Below, piece by piece: positions 26,313 through 36,438 of a DNA stretch of 64,000 bases. A model generated the notes under the pieces. It saw nothing but the letters and a program-made list of their open reading frames with translations, was not told the DNA's origin and made no database searches. The translations under genes were made by a program, and so were the position numbers. Position 1 is the first letter of the stretch, and each line of letters opens with the position of its first letter. Origin of the DNA: a virus; the IMG/VR virus record IMGVR_UViG_3300046777_001673, positions 7,570-71,569 of that record, one strand, 5' to 3'.

Positions 26313-28079
26313 TTATCCGTCTATGATGTTATAAACCATTCTAGAATATAATGTAAGGAAATTATCAGTATTGGACGATGATAAGAATGGGACACTTATC
26401 CCGCCATTACTCATAACAGGAGCTGGCACCGACTTATCTCCAATTTTTGCAGATTGTGTTTGTGGACTCGCCATATTCATTGGAGCAACAGTAACTTGTG
26501 TCTGTTGTTGTGGTGGTGGTTGAGCCACTGTTTGAGCAACTTGTTGAGCGGTCTGTTGTTGACCTGCTGCAGGAGTAACTCGTGAGGGGGGCTTGCCAGC
26601 AACAGTACCTGTTGGTTGAGTTCCTAAAGTTCCAACTTTACCAGTAAAGTTATAAAACCAATTACCACCAGATCTAAATTGAATATCCGCAGCATTTTGT
26701 TGACGACCTCCATAAAAGTTCTGAGCATTTTTAACATTTTGTCGTGATGCAGCCAGATATTTTGGATCATTTAATAGTGTAGCCGCAACATTCGCAGATC
26801 CACCACCAAATATTTGTTGAAGTTTATTTAACCCATCTGGCTCTGCGGCAACTTGTTGTAAATATTGAAATTTTTCTTGAGGAGTATTTCCAGGCAGTTT
26901 TGCAGCAATAGGCCCATATTTTGCAGCTGCATTCTTATCTTTACTTTTTCCAAAAATTGCAGCAGATATTGGTGAAAATTGATCATAACGAGATAAAACA
27001 TCAGATAGACCTTTACCACTCGTGGCAGATCTATTTAACATAACTTGCATTGCATCGGCAGCATTTTCTGGAGATGAGGCTTCCATAGTTGCAACAAATG
27101 CTGCAAGTTTCTCATCTCCTGGGGCAGAACTTACTGCAGGACCAGAGGGTCCTCCTGGACCAGCTGGTCCTTGTTTTTTATCTTCCGATGCAGATGGTTT
27201 AGATGTGGATTTGCCTCCACTCGTTTGTGATTTTGGTTTATTATTACTAAGTGCATTTATCGCTGCAGAAAATCTATCTAAAATACTGTTAAATCTATCC
27301 AATAAAGAAGTTGGTACTGTACCTTCTGCCATTGGAGCGGCTTGAACGCCACCTCCAACATCCAACATTCCACTTACAACTTGAGAACCAAGTCCACCAG
27401 CTAATGCAGCACCTCCTAACATCATTCCTGGTCTGCGTCTTATTAGTCTGGAGATCGCACCCATTGGGCCTTTTCTGAGACTTCCTCCAGGAATATCAAT
27501 GTCTAAATTGAGGCCGCCGCCACCCGATGTTGCTGCAGGTAAGTTTGAAAGTTGTTTTACTATTTTTATAATTGTCTGACGAATTATTTTTGCAATGTTA
27601 AAAGTTTCGGTGAATACATTTTGTAAAGCTTTTAAGTTATCTCCCAGCGTCCTTACATTTTTTCTGTTACCTAAGAATTGGATATAACCAATAGCTTGTT
27701 TATATAAGTTTAAGAAATTTTGTAAGATTGAATTTGGTCTTGCAGAATCAATCTTATCTAACCTTTCTTTATAATCTTGTTCTAAACCACCAATAGTTTT
27801 ATTAACTATTTGAGTAACATTTTGATTTATTGATTGTACTCGATTTTCTACATTGTTTAGAATACTTGTAGATAGTGTTTGAATGATTCCCTGTAGGTCT
27901 GGTGGCCTTGCAGCAACTGCAGCAGCACCTCTCTGGAATCCTACAATTTTATTTGCAGCGGAAGCAACAACACCCTCTCCAAGAGGAGCTCCACCAGTAA
28001 TAAAATTCTGAGCAGCCTCAGATGTAGTGCCTCTTTCTCTTGCAATAGTAGCTGGATTAAGTGGAGAACTAATTGCCAC
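26313..28079 (-). CDS. Virion protein with putative cell-wall hydrolase (SleB-like) domain
   Basis: MEAS...DAMQVMLNR...VLSRYDQFSPI pattern. Confidence 0.5.
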   Translation of the reverse strand: MAISSPLNPATIARERGTTSEAAQNFITGGAPLGEGVVASAANKIVGFQRGAAAVAARPPDLQGIIQTLSTSILNNVENRVQSINQNVTQIVNKTIGGLEQDYKERLDKIDSARPNSILQNFLNLYKQAIGYIQFLGNRKNVRTLGDNLKALQNVFTETFNIAKIIRQTIIKIVKQLSNLPAATSGGGGLNLDIDIPGGSLRKGPMGAISRLIRRRPGMMLGGAALAGGLGSQVVSGMLDVGGGVQAAPMAEGTVPTSLLDRFNSILDRFSAAINALSNNKPKSQTSGGKSTSKPSASEDKKQGPAGPGGPSGPAVSSAPGDEKLAAFVATMEASSPENAADAMQVMLNRSATSGKGLSDVLSRYDQFSPISAAIFGKSKDKNAAAKYGPIAAKLPGNTPQEKFQYLQQVAAEPDGLNKLQQIFGGGSANVAATLLNDPKYLAASRQNVKNAQNFYGGRQQNAADIQFRSGGNWFYNFTGKVGTLGTQPTGTVAGKPPSRVTPAAGQQQTAQQVAQTVAQPPPQQQTQVTVAPMNMASPQTQSAKIGDKSVPAPVMSNGGISVPFLSSSNTDNFLTLYSRMVYNIIDG

Positions 28080-28254
28080 GGTTTGCTGCCTGTTGTGCCT
28101 TTAGGTTTTCTTCTTCAATATGAATTCTCAACAGGGTGAGATAAATATCTCTCTCCCAAGGCATCATGTTTTCAATCTCTGTCAAAGAGTATTTATGGAA
28201 CTGCATGAGAGCGAAGTTAATACGGAAATATGACTCAAGATCAATATGAGCCAT
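28069..28254 (-). CDS. g51: Baseplate hub assembly catalyst gp51
   Basis: NFALMQFHKYSLTEIENMMPWERDIY. Confidence 0.85.
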   Translation of the reverse strand: MAHIDLESYFRINFALMQFHKYSLTEIENMMPWERDIYLTLLRIHIEEENLKAQQAANRGN

Positions 28255-28256
28255 AA

Positions 28257-28985
28257 TTAGCCGAAAAAACTTGTCAGACCCTCCAGAGTTACTTCATTTT
28301 CAACTTTGGTATTTGGATTGACTACTGTAAATGTATGAGAGAGTTTAGGCATTGTCTCAAAGAACTTCTCAATTTTTTTAAATTGATCAGCGTTCATACT
28401 TTCAATAAATTCAATCAATTCTTTCTTAGTTACATCTGCAGCAGCCCAGGCTTCTTCTTCAGTAAAGATTGATTCAATACACGAAGAAATAATATCAAAA
28501 GATTTTTCAATAGTGGATACTGACTCTTGAGTAGTAAAATCAAAGTTATTTTTGATAAATTGTTCTAAAGATGGATATTTCATCTTGATCACAATTTGAT
28601 CATCAACTCTAATTTCTGTACTATGATCCGAATCTTTTTTAACTTTAATTTCATCAACATAGATTTTTACAGGAACTTCAGTAGTTCCATCATCCGAACA
28701 AGTAACTACAAGATCAATAGCTTCACCAACAGATTTTCCACGAACATTAAGGAAAATGTATTCAATATCAAAAGATGGCAATTCTTCTACCTTAACTCCC
28801 TTTGTGAGAATGCAGTCCTTAAGAACAGACTTGATAGCCAAAGTGATTTGTTTTACATCTTGACTTTCTAAAGCCAAAATCAAAACCTTTTCTTCTTTAA
28901 CTAGAAATGGTCTGTACTTTATAATTTTTCCTGTAGATGGCAACTCAAGTTCAAAAGTTGGAGTCGCAATTTTTGGTAATGGCAT
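28257..28985 (-). CDS. g26: Baseplate hub subunit gp26
   Basis: MPLPKI..P.FELELPS, RPFLVKEEK, RGKSVGE, LEGLTSFFG. Confidence 0.9.
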   Translation of the reverse strand: MPLPKIATPTFELELPSTGKIIKYRPFLVKEEKVLILALESQDVKQITLAIKSVLKDCILTKGVKVEELPSFDIEYIFLNVRGKSVGEAIDLVVTCSDDGTTEVPVKIYVDEIKVKKDSDHSTEIRVDDQIVIKMKYPSLEQFIKNNFDFTTQESVSTIEKSFDIISSCIESIFTEEEAWAAADVTKKELIEFIESMNADQFKKIEKFFETMPKLSHTFTVVNPNTKVENEVTLEGLTSFFG

Positions 28986-29008
28986 ATTAATGATGTAATC
29001 AGTTAAAT

Positions 29009-29986
29009 TTATTTAGAGGGGTTTATATAGGGGGAAGCGTCAATTGCAGAATTAACTCCAAATGGTGGTGGAGTTGCTGTTGTGTATGTATTATTTCCAG
29101 TCCAAGAAACACTTGGAGTTGCAAGAGAAACTGTCTCTCCATTTTCACTTACAGGTTCATTTGCATATTGATTTTGTCCAGTTCCAAAATGATTTAATAT
29201 TACATATCGATCATAATTAAAAGTCACAGTTGTTTTTGTAATTGTACTACCCTCATAAGTAACTGGTAATGCAGTTAAATTTGTTGGAAATGCATTAATA
29301 AATTTATAAGTTAACATGGAGGGTGTTCTTGTAACATCTTTAGTATTTGGATTTACGAAAATATCTCTTTCAAACTTTGTGATTGCTATGTCTCTTTTGT
29401 AAGTATCTGGATATCTAAATCTAAAAAATTGTTCATCATTAAATTGTCCTACGCCACCTCTAGGATTTGCTCTACTCAATCTACCCTCTTTATTATACAA
29501 AGGATTAATAAAATTCATCCATTCTTCAAATAGACGAATAATTCCATATTCAGCATCCACATAGAATGTCATAGTAATTTCTGGAAAATCTCTTCTAATT
29601 GGAAATCTTTCAATAACTCCTTGTCTACTTCCTGTTTCCTCTGCCATTGTTAGAGATGCACCTGGCAGAAAAGTTTCATTACACATAAACTCATAACGAA
29701 GACCACTTAAGTAAGTAGATCCTGCATCGGGCAAAAGTCCACCTAAAACTCCCGCAGTAACCAACCAAGCGTTGATGTCTGAATCGGAATTTCTATCAGG
29801 ATAAGTATCTCCAAGATATAAAGTTACTTTAAATTGACTCGTAACGGATAGTTCACCAAATAAATCTCTTACACTAGGAAGAGCAGCCCGATCATCATTT
29901 GTATTTCTAGGCAGAGTCATCCTCGCATAGATTGGATCCACTCTGTACTGATTTGCGGGGAAGTCAGGCCTAAATGGTTCAGCCAT
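29009..29986 (-). CDS. Tail tube / tube-initiator-like protein (gp19/gp54 family)
   Basis: C.ETFLPG, MTFYVD, FEEWMNFI, NAFPT, TVTFNY. Confidence 0.6.
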   Translation of the reverse strand: MAEPFRPDFPANQYRVDPIYARMTLPRNTNDDRAALPSVRDLFGELSVTSQFKVTLYLGDTYPDRNSDSDINAWLVTAGVLGGLLPDAGSTYLSGLRYEFMCNETFLPGASLTMAEETGSRQGVIERFPIRRDFPEITMTFYVDAEYGIIRLFEEWMNFINPLYNKEGRLSRANPRGGVGQFNDEQFFRFRYPDTYKRDIAITKFERDIFVNPNTKDVTRTPSMLTYKFINAFPTNLTALPVTYEGSTITKTTVTFNYDRYVILNHFGTGQNQYANEPVSENGETVSLATPSVSWTGNNTYTTATPPPFGVNSAIDASPYINPSK

Positions 29987-29987
29987 C

Positions 29988-29995
29988 TATAAATA
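29988..29995 (+). promoter_or_regulatory. Late promoter TATAAATA for the gp4-gp2-gp48-gp53 operon
   Basis: Exact consensus 20 nt upstream of gp4. Confidence 0.7.
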
Positions 29996-30014
29996 TTACT
30001 TAAGGATCTATAGT

Positions 30015-30458
30015 ATGTATATGAGTTATAAGGGAAAATACAGTCCAGAAAACCCCAGAAAATATAAAGGTGACCCCACAAATATTGTCTATCGTTCTTT
30101 GTGGGAAAGAAAATTCATGAGATATTGTGATTTAAACGAAAATGTGAACCAGTGGCAATCTGAAGAATTTTGGATTCCATATAAAAACCCTTTGGACAAT
30201 AAAGTTCATAGATACTTCCCAGATTTTTTTGTTAAGTATAAAGACAAGAATGGAAATACACGAACAGTTATTATAGAAATAAAACCCAAGAAAGAAGTAG
30301 AGATGCCTGAACAAAATCCCAAAAGACGAACAAAAGCTTGGGCTTATAAAGTACAAACATGGGTTAAGAATCAAGCAAAATGGAAAGCAGCAAGAGAATA
30401 TTGTGCTGATCGTAATTATGAATTCCGAATCATGACTGAAGAGGATCTGGGAATATGA
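30015..30458 (+). CDS. g4: Head completion nuclease gp4
   Basis: YKGKY.P.NP.KYKGD, YRSLWE, HRYFPDF, EIKP, NQAKW.AA. Confidence 0.92.
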   Translation: MYMSYKGKYSPENPRKYKGDPTNIVYRSLWERKFMRYCDLNENVNQWQSEEFWIPYKNPLDNKVHRYFPDFFVKYKDKNGNTRTVIIEIKPKKEVEMPEQNPKRRTKAWAYKVQTWVKNQAKWKAAREYCADRNYEFRIMTEEDLGI

Positions 30459-30985
30459 GTTGGAGAGATGAACCCTATATTGATGGAAAGGGTTTTGGAT
30501 ATGATCTACTTAAACAAGTAAAGGGAAAAAATAAAAGTGGAGATTGGTTCTCTGGTCAACTCAGACAATATCTAGGAGAACTTGACCAATCTGATGTTAA
30601 TCTTGAAGATACTGGTGGAATTGAAGTTGGACGAATGTATTTCTTCATTTATGGTGCAAGTACACAAGATCTTGGTTTCTTTGATAGACAACCTCTTGCA
30701 TACATTACGGAGGTTAATTATAGTAAGAACTATTTTATCGGAATTAATTTACATTATCTCAACAGACAATATCGTGAAGGAATTGCAAAAGGCCTAATAA
30801 ATAATGGCAGTACCGTAGGTGTACCTCGTAATACGATTCATCGTTACTTTTTTTCTGGAGTTGGTGGAGGATTTTTAAGAGTTCCAGAAAAAGATTGGCC
30901 CTCCGTTGCATTATTGCCCACTGAAAAATTTGTTGATATGAGAGGTCAACCTTTTCCCAATCATAAAGCCTGGAGCAAATCTTAA
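30455..30985 (+). CDS. g2: DNA end protector gp2-like
   Basis: GRMYFF.Y.A, FDRQPL, GINLHYL, LPTEKF. Confidence 0.7.
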   Translation: MSWRDEPYIDGKGFGYDLLKQVKGKNKSGDWFSGQLRQYLGELDQSDVNLEDTGGIEVGRMYFFIYGASTQDLGFFDRQPLAYITEVNYSKNYFIGINLHYLNRQYREGIAKGLINNGSTVGVPRNTIHRYFFSGVGGGFLRVPEKDWPSVALLPTEKFVDMRGQPFPNHKAWSKS

Positions 30986-32473
30986 GTGGCGTATACTAAT
31001 GTTAAACCATCATTAACCACTAAAAATGGGGTAGCGTATGATTTGCAATACGATCCCAACACCGGTAATGGTCAGATTATTCAACAAAATGCACCTCCAG
31101 GGACAAAACCAATTTATGAAAATGGAAAATGGAATGCTTCTGCAACTACATTGGGATTTACCTCTGCTGAACAAACACAAATTCATCAACAATCTATCGC
31201 ATCAATACAGGCAGCTTATAATACTATAGGTGGAGTAAGTTCTGGAGCAAAACTTGGTCAATGGGCTTCTAAAAATTTTACAACAGGTCAACCAGGTCAG
31301 ACATCTGTCACCCCTCAACAAGTAGCATCTGGAGATGGAAATACTAGTGGAAATGGACTTGCAAACGCGATAACATTTCTACAAAAACCCGCAGAATACT
31401 ATAAAAATTTAAGTGTAAATGGAAATAATTTTGGCGTAGGTAACGAAAGAGAAATATTCGGTGGAGAAACAAAATATCCGATAGATTTAATGATACAACA
31501 ACAAGATGTTTTTGTTATTTCTCAATTTCGTTACATTCCAACAAAAGCAGATGCAATATTTGGAGGAACAGCAGCTGCAGTTTCAACATTATTGAATGGA
31601 CTTCAACAAGGTTCATCCATAGGTTCTTTAGAATCTGTCCTTGGAACTGTATTCTTGCCAATGCCCAACACTATTTCAGATAGTAATAATGTTGTTTGGG
31701 GTGATGATGCAATGGGAAATCTTTCAGCTGCAATTGCTGCACAAACAACAAGTCAGTTAGCTGCAGGTGGCGCAACTGCTTTAGCTGGTGCTGCAGCTGG
31801 CATGGTTCTTCCTGGATCTGAAGGTCTTCTTGGAAAAGCTTTATTAGCAAAGAATTTAGGCGAGTTGATTGCCAAAGGTGCTGGAGGCCAAGAACTAATA
31901 GGATTGTTGGGAAGTGAAGGAATATCTAGAATATTAAAGTTTCAAGGTTTGGGAGTAGAGGCAGAATCAATTCTTGCAAGAGGTGCTGGCATTGTTCCAA
32001 ACTCAAATCTTGAATTATTATTCCAATCTCCAACTTTGAGAAAATTTACTTTTACATATAGATTATCTCCAAGAAGTGCAGAAGAAGCAAAATCTGTGAG
32101 AAAAATAATTAGATTTTTTAAACAAGGTATGGCCGCTAAGAAAATGAGAGGAAAGGCCGGAGCAGCTTCATTCTTTCTAGGTACTCCAAATGTTTTTAAG
32201 TTGGAATATAGAAGTGCAAACAGACCAATTGATGCAGTGAATAAATTTAAAACTTGTGCGTTGACATCGTTTAGTTGTAACTATACCCCAGATGGTTTAT
32301 GGGCATCTTATGAAAAGGGTCAACCAGTTTCTACAATTATGAATATGTCTTTTGATGAATTGGAACCAATTTATGATACTGATTATCAAGGATTTGATGC
32401 AAATGGCAATTCTCAGATTATGGAAGGCAGAACTGATTTATCTCCAATAAGCAATAATTCAGTGGGGTACTAA
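30986..32473 (+). CDS. g48: Baseplate tail tube cap gp48
   Basis: LPMP..ISD.N.V.W, NLELLF..P.LR.F.F, PRS..EA, C.L....NYTPDG, F.ELEPI. Confidence 0.85.
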   Translation: MAYTNVKPSLTTKNGVAYDLQYDPNTGNGQIIQQNAPPGTKPIYENGKWNASATTLGFTSAEQTQIHQQSIASIQAAYNTIGGVSSGAKLGQWASKNFTTGQPGQTSVTPQQVASGDGNTSGNGLANAITFLQKPAEYYKNLSVNGNNFGVGNEREIFGGETKYPIDLMIQQQDVFVISQFRYIPTKADAIFGGTAAAVSTLLNGLQQGSSIGSLESVLGTVFLPMPNTISDSNNVVWGDDAMGNLSAAIAAQTTSQLAAGGATALAGAAAGMVLPGSEGLLGKALLAKNLGELIAKGAGGQELIGLLGSEGISRILKFQGLGVEAESILARGAGIVPNSNLELLFQSPTLRKFTFTYRLSPRSAEEAKSVRKIIRFFKQGMAAKKMRGKAGAASFFLGTPNVFKLEYRSANRPIDAVNKFKTCALTSFSCNYTPDGLWASYEKGQPVSTIMNMSFDELEPIYDTDYQGFDANGNSQIMEGRTDLSPISNNSVGY

Positions 32474-32474
32474 C

Positions 32475-34805
32475 ATGGCATACTTTAGAGAACTACCAAA
32501 TTTACAAATATTAAACAGAACAAAGAATCAAGTTTCAAATGATGAAACTTCTATTGTCAAAAACTTCTTTAAAAGAGCTAAACTTAGAGAAGATATTGGT
32601 TCTGTAGTATCTGCATTTGAATATTATATTATTACTGGAGATGAAAGACCAGAACAAGTTGCAGAGAAAGTTTATGGAGACCCTGAACTAGATTGGGTTA
32701 TTTTGACTTGCAATAATATTATTAATGTTCAAGATCAATGGCCTCTAAACTTAGATTCGTTTAACAAATATATGTTAGACAAATATGGATCTGAAGATGC
32801 TTATAATGATGTTCATCATTATGAAACTATTTCTTATCTTGATTCATTTGGAAGAGAAGTTTTCCCAGGAGGATTAAAAGTTGACGAAACATTTTATAAT
32901 TCTCCTGCATATGAAACTATAGAAGAAACTCCTCCAGGAATCACTCTTCCCCCAATTTATATTCCAGGAACTCAAGCAGTATTAACGCCAGTTGTTGGAA
33001 TCGGATATTCCATCGTATCATTAAATGTTGTAAATCCAGGTCTAGGATATCAAGTAACTCCAACAGTTAACATATCTCCTCCACCAATTACAGCCAATGC
33101 TTCTGCAGCATGTACAATATCTCAGTTTAGAGTATCTGGAATTACAACTTTAAATGGTGGTCAAGGATATAATGCAGCTCCGACAGTGACATTTTCACCA
33201 CCAATTACATCTGTTCAAGCAACAACAGATTGTGAATTGGGAGATGGGATTAACATTGATAGAGTTTCTTTCATAACAAACTTAGTAGGCGGAATTGGTT
33301 ATGGATTAACTGCTCCTACAGTAACATTCTCAGATTCACCTAGAGTTGTTTATGGTACTTACAATAATCAATCAACTGGTTCAGTTGGAAATGATGTGGA
33401 GGGATTTTATTTTAAGTCTGACGGAACAAGATTATATACCGCAAGTTTCACTGGGGCAAATCAAATTAAACAATACAATCTGAGCGAGTCTTGGAAAGTA
33501 TCTACCATTTCTTTAGGCAATGAATTAAATGTTAGTGCTGATTTTTCATATACAACTGGTGTTGAATTTAAACCAGATGGAACTTTAATGTATGTAACTG
33601 GTGGAGTTGGAGTTAATTATAAAATCATTACCTATGAATTATCTACTGCATGGGATATTTCTTCAGCTACAAAGTTAAACGAAATTACCTTGGCATCTCC
33701 TGGTGGAATCCGATTTAAACCCGATGGAACTTCGGTATTTGTTTTAGATTTTTCAAATCCAGATGTAATTAAAGAATTTACTCTTAGTGGAGAGTGGAAT
33801 CTTCTTACGAGAAGTGGATCTGCAATTCGTACTTTAAATATCACAACACCTACTGGTGATAATGATATTCTTGGATTTAGTTTCAATTCTGATGGAACCA
33901 AGTTATTTGCAACCAGTGAGTCTACTTCCAGTGTATATGAATTTAATTTGGATTCTTGGCAAATAGATACTGCTGTTCTTTCGTATTCTTTCTTCGTTGG
34001 TGATAGACTTTCATCTCCTGCTGATATTTTTGTCAAATTAGATAAAGAAAAATTTGTTGTTGCTGGAGGTCCACTCGATAGAATTTTTGAATATAAAATT
34101 ACTTCCACAGCACAGGGAGTAGCTCAACTTACAAATGGATCTGTATCAAATATTATCATTACTCAGCCAGGATTAGCTTACACAGAAGCACCAGTAGTGA
34201 CAATAGCTTCTCCATATCCTGCAGTAACAGCAGAAGGAATTGCAAATATAACCAGTGGTATCGTCACAAGTATTACAATTACAAACACAGGTTTTGGATA
34301 CACTACTGCACCAACAGTGACTATTGAGGATGCTCCAATATCTAGAGAAGCTGTCATAACTGTTGAAATTTCACAGACAGGAATTTCAACATATACTATA
34401 TTCGATGGAGGATTGAATTATGTTAATAACCCTACGATTACATTAGATGTACCGGATGAAATATTAAATGTAGAAGTTAATGAAACTTATTCACAAAATT
34501 TAAGAACTTGGAGATGGACTGGAACTGTATGGCAAGAAAAAATTACAGAAGAATTTCAGTATTTTGATCCAAATACAAATTCAATTGTTAAACTTCCTGG
34601 ATCAGTTTTATCAAAACCAGTTACAAACTATGAATATGAAAATAACCTGAATGAAGAAAAGCGTAAACTTTTCATTATTAAGCCTGCATATCTATCCACA
34701 ATAATAACAGACCTCAGAAATATTATGAGTTATAATGAAGACGGTCCTAATTACATCAATGATAAATTAAAGAAAACTTACAACGAAAAAGTAATGGGTA
34801 TATAA
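32475..34805 (+). CDS. g53: Baseplate wedge gp53 with a large internal insertion
   Basis: N-terminal ERPEQVA..VYG..ELDWVIL..NNI and HHYET; C-terminal TNYEYE..LNE.KR; about 550 extra internal residues. Confidence 0.8.
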   Translation: MAYFRELPNLQILNRTKNQVSNDETSIVKNFFKRAKLREDIGSVVSAFEYYIITGDERPEQVAEKVYGDPELDWVILTCNNIINVQDQWPLNLDSFNKYMLDKYGSEDAYNDVHHYETISYLDSFGREVFPGGLKVDETFYNSPAYETIEETPPGITLPPIYIPGTQAVLTPVVGIGYSIVSLNVVNPGLGYQVTPTVNISPPPITANASAACTISQFRVSGITTLNGGQGYNAAPTVTFSPPITSVQATTDCELGDGINIDRVSFITNLVGGIGYGLTAPTVTFSDSPRVVYGTYNNQSTGSVGNDVEGFYFKSDGTRLYTASFTGANQIKQYNLSESWKVSTISLGNELNVSADFSYTTGVEFKPDGTLMYVTGGVGVNYKIITYELSTAWDISSATKLNEITLASPGGIRFKPDGTSVFVLDFSNPDVIKEFTLSGEWNLLTRSGSAIRTLNITTPTGDNDILGFSFNSDGTKLFATSESTSSVYEFNLDSWQIDTAVLSYSFFVGDRLSSPADIFVKLDKEKFVVAGGPLDRIFEYKITSTAQGVAQLTNGSVSNIIITQPGLAYTEAPVVTIASPYPAVTAEGIANITSGIVTSITITNTGFGYTTAPTVTIEDAPISREAVITVEISQTGISTYTIFDGGLNYVNNPTITLDVPDEILNVEVNETYSQNLRTWRWTGTVWQEKITEEFQYFDPNTNSIVKLPGSVLSKPVTNYEYENNLNEEKRKLFIIKPAYLSTIITDLRNIMSYNEDGPNYINDKLKKTYNEKVMGI

Positions 34806-34831
34806 AAAAGGAGGGTTTTACCCCTCCTTTT
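34804..34831. terminator. Bidirectional intrinsic terminator between gp53 and gp32
   Basis: AAAAAGGAGGG-TTTTAC-CCCTCCTTTT. Confidence 0.85.
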
Positions 34832-34837
34832 AGTTTA

Positions 34838-35761
34838 TCAGGACTCAGCGAGTTTCTGGAAGTAACTCAGAGCATCATCTGCATCTTCATCATCTTCTTC
34901 CTGAACTGCAGGACGAGCAATCTCAAAGGAAGGAGTGGAACGCTTCGGGGCAGATTCACCACGGCGTTCTGCTTCCCACTGTTCATCCTCTTCCACAGTC
35001 TCAGGATCCTGTCGTGCGGGAGCTTTTGCACCCAGAACATAATCTAGACGCTTCTTCAGTTCATCATAGGACTTGAAGTTTGATGCAGCACTGAACTCAT
35101 TCAGATCGTTCAGATTCTTGTAGATGCGTTCCAGTTTGTCGTCATCATCCAGAAGAGCAGAAGGCTTGTCAAACTCAGACTTATCGTAGTTCCAGTAACC
35201 TTCAACCTTACGAATCTTCAGTTTGAAGTTAGCACCAGTCCAGAAGTCAAAAGGATTGACGGCTTCTTCATCTGCAAACTGTGGTTGCATCGCTTCGGTA
35301 ATCTTATCATAGATCTTCTTACCGAACTTGTAGAGGAATACACGACCCTCATTCTCGGGATGTGCAGGATCACTCACCACATAGATGTTAGCGTAGTAGG
35401 AGAGTTTGCGTTTCTGTTTCCGAGCAATCTCCTTATCACGATCAGATCCAGAGTTCCACAGAACACGATTGTGTTCGGACACAGGATCTTTCTGTCCCAG
35501 AGTTGTCAGAGAGTTTTCGATGTACCAACCACCAGGGCCTTGGAATGCATGACTCCAAACTTGGGCCCAAGGAAGTTCACATCCTTCGGGTGCAGGGAGG
35601 AATCGGATGACTGCATAACCATTTCCGGCTTTGTCTACTTCAGGTTTCCAGAAACGATCATCAGCTCCACCTTCTCCACTATTCAGTTTTTCGACTTGTT
35701 TGATCAGTTTTTCAGTCAGTGAACCAGCACGAGACTGTTTCTTGAGATCAGCAAAAGACAT
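34838..35761 (-). CDS. g32: Single-stranded DNA-binding protein gp32
   Basis: DDRFWKP..DK.GNGYAVIRFLP, HAFQGPGGWYIENS, acidic tail LSYFQKLAE. Confidence 0.95.
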   Translation of the reverse strand: MSFADLKKQSRAGSLTEKLIKQVEKLNSGEGGADDRFWKPEVDKAGNGYAVIRFLPAPEGCELPWAQVWSHAFQGPGGWYIENSLTTLGQKDPVSEHNRVLWNSGSDRDKEIARKQKRKLSYYANIYVVSDPAHPENEGRVFLYKFGKKIYDKITEAMQPQFADEEAVNPFDFWTGANFKLKIRKVEGYWNYDKSEFDKPSALLDDDDKLERIYKNLNDLNEFSAASNFKSYDELKKRLDYVLGAKAPARQDPETVEEDEQWEAERRGESAPKRSTPSFEIARPAVQEEDDEDADDALSYFQKLAES

Positions 35762-35805
35762 TTGTATTCTCCGTATTGAGTGTATTTGGCCTTTGGGACG
35801 ACTTT

Positions 35806-35834
35806 ATCTTACACGGGGTAGGAAGGGATGTCAA
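35806..35834 (-). promoter_or_regulatory. Sigma70-like promoter for gp32
   Basis: TTGACA-17-TAAGAT with an extended TG. Confidence 0.7.
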
Positions 35835-35837
35835 GCC

Positions 35838-36107
35838 CTAGTCTTTAGGAAGTTCTTCGGGATTTTCGATTTGAAGTTCAAAAAGAAGTGGGTGACACAT
35901 TTCGTCAATCAAATAATTGGACCAACGATACATGTCTTCAGATGTATATTCGTAATTATTTTCGGCTTCTATTTGAATATAAGGATCTTGTTGCATGATT
36001 AATGGAATATCATCAAAGGTAAATGGTATTCCATTAATAAAATACATATCTACAATCTCACCATTGTGGTAGCAATATGAGGAGGTGATCTTGTAGTGGT
36101 ACGACAT
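35838..36107 (-). CDS. Conserved cyanophage hypothetical protein
   Basis: VDMYFINGIPFTFDD...HP.LF. Confidence 0.6.
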   Translation of the reverse strand: MSYHYKITSSYCYHNGEIVDMYFINGIPFTFDDIPLIMQQDPYIQIEAENNYEYTSEDMYRWSNYLIDEMCHPLLFELQIENPEELPKD

Positions 36108-36108
36108 C

Positions 36109-36438
36109 TTACATATCTGCAATTTTATCTAGACGGGACAGAGTGTTTTCCATCTCTGTGAATAGTTCATTAACATTGTTTCCATCAAATCCCAAAAACT
36201 TGGCAGCATCTTGAATTCTTTCTTTCATTTCAAGTGCTTCTGGGTCATCAGATAATGAGAGACGGAAATAAAGGTTCTTCTGTTTCTCTAGAAAAGTTCT
36301 CATGAGTTCCACATGTTCCTTCTTTTCTTCCCTACTCATAATAGGGGCTTTGAAGGTATCTTGAATAATTTGTTGTTGAAGTTCTTCCATCTCTTTGATG
36401 GCTTCCCTTACAATCTCGGATTGAAAAAATCCACTCAC
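36109..36438 (-). CDS. DUF1825-like protein
   Basis: FFQSEIV...LEKQK..Y.RL.LSDDP.A. Confidence 0.7.
   Translation of the reverse strand: MSGFFQSEIVREAIKEMEELQQQIIQDTFKAPIMSREEKKEHVELMRTFLEKQKNLYFRLSLSDDPEALEMKERIQDAAKFLGFDGNNVNELFTEMENTLSRLDKIADM

Noticed and set aside
33632-34108. 158-aa minus-strand ORF inside gp53
   Set aside because: Antisense shadow of the propeller insert; no RBS or recognisable motifs.
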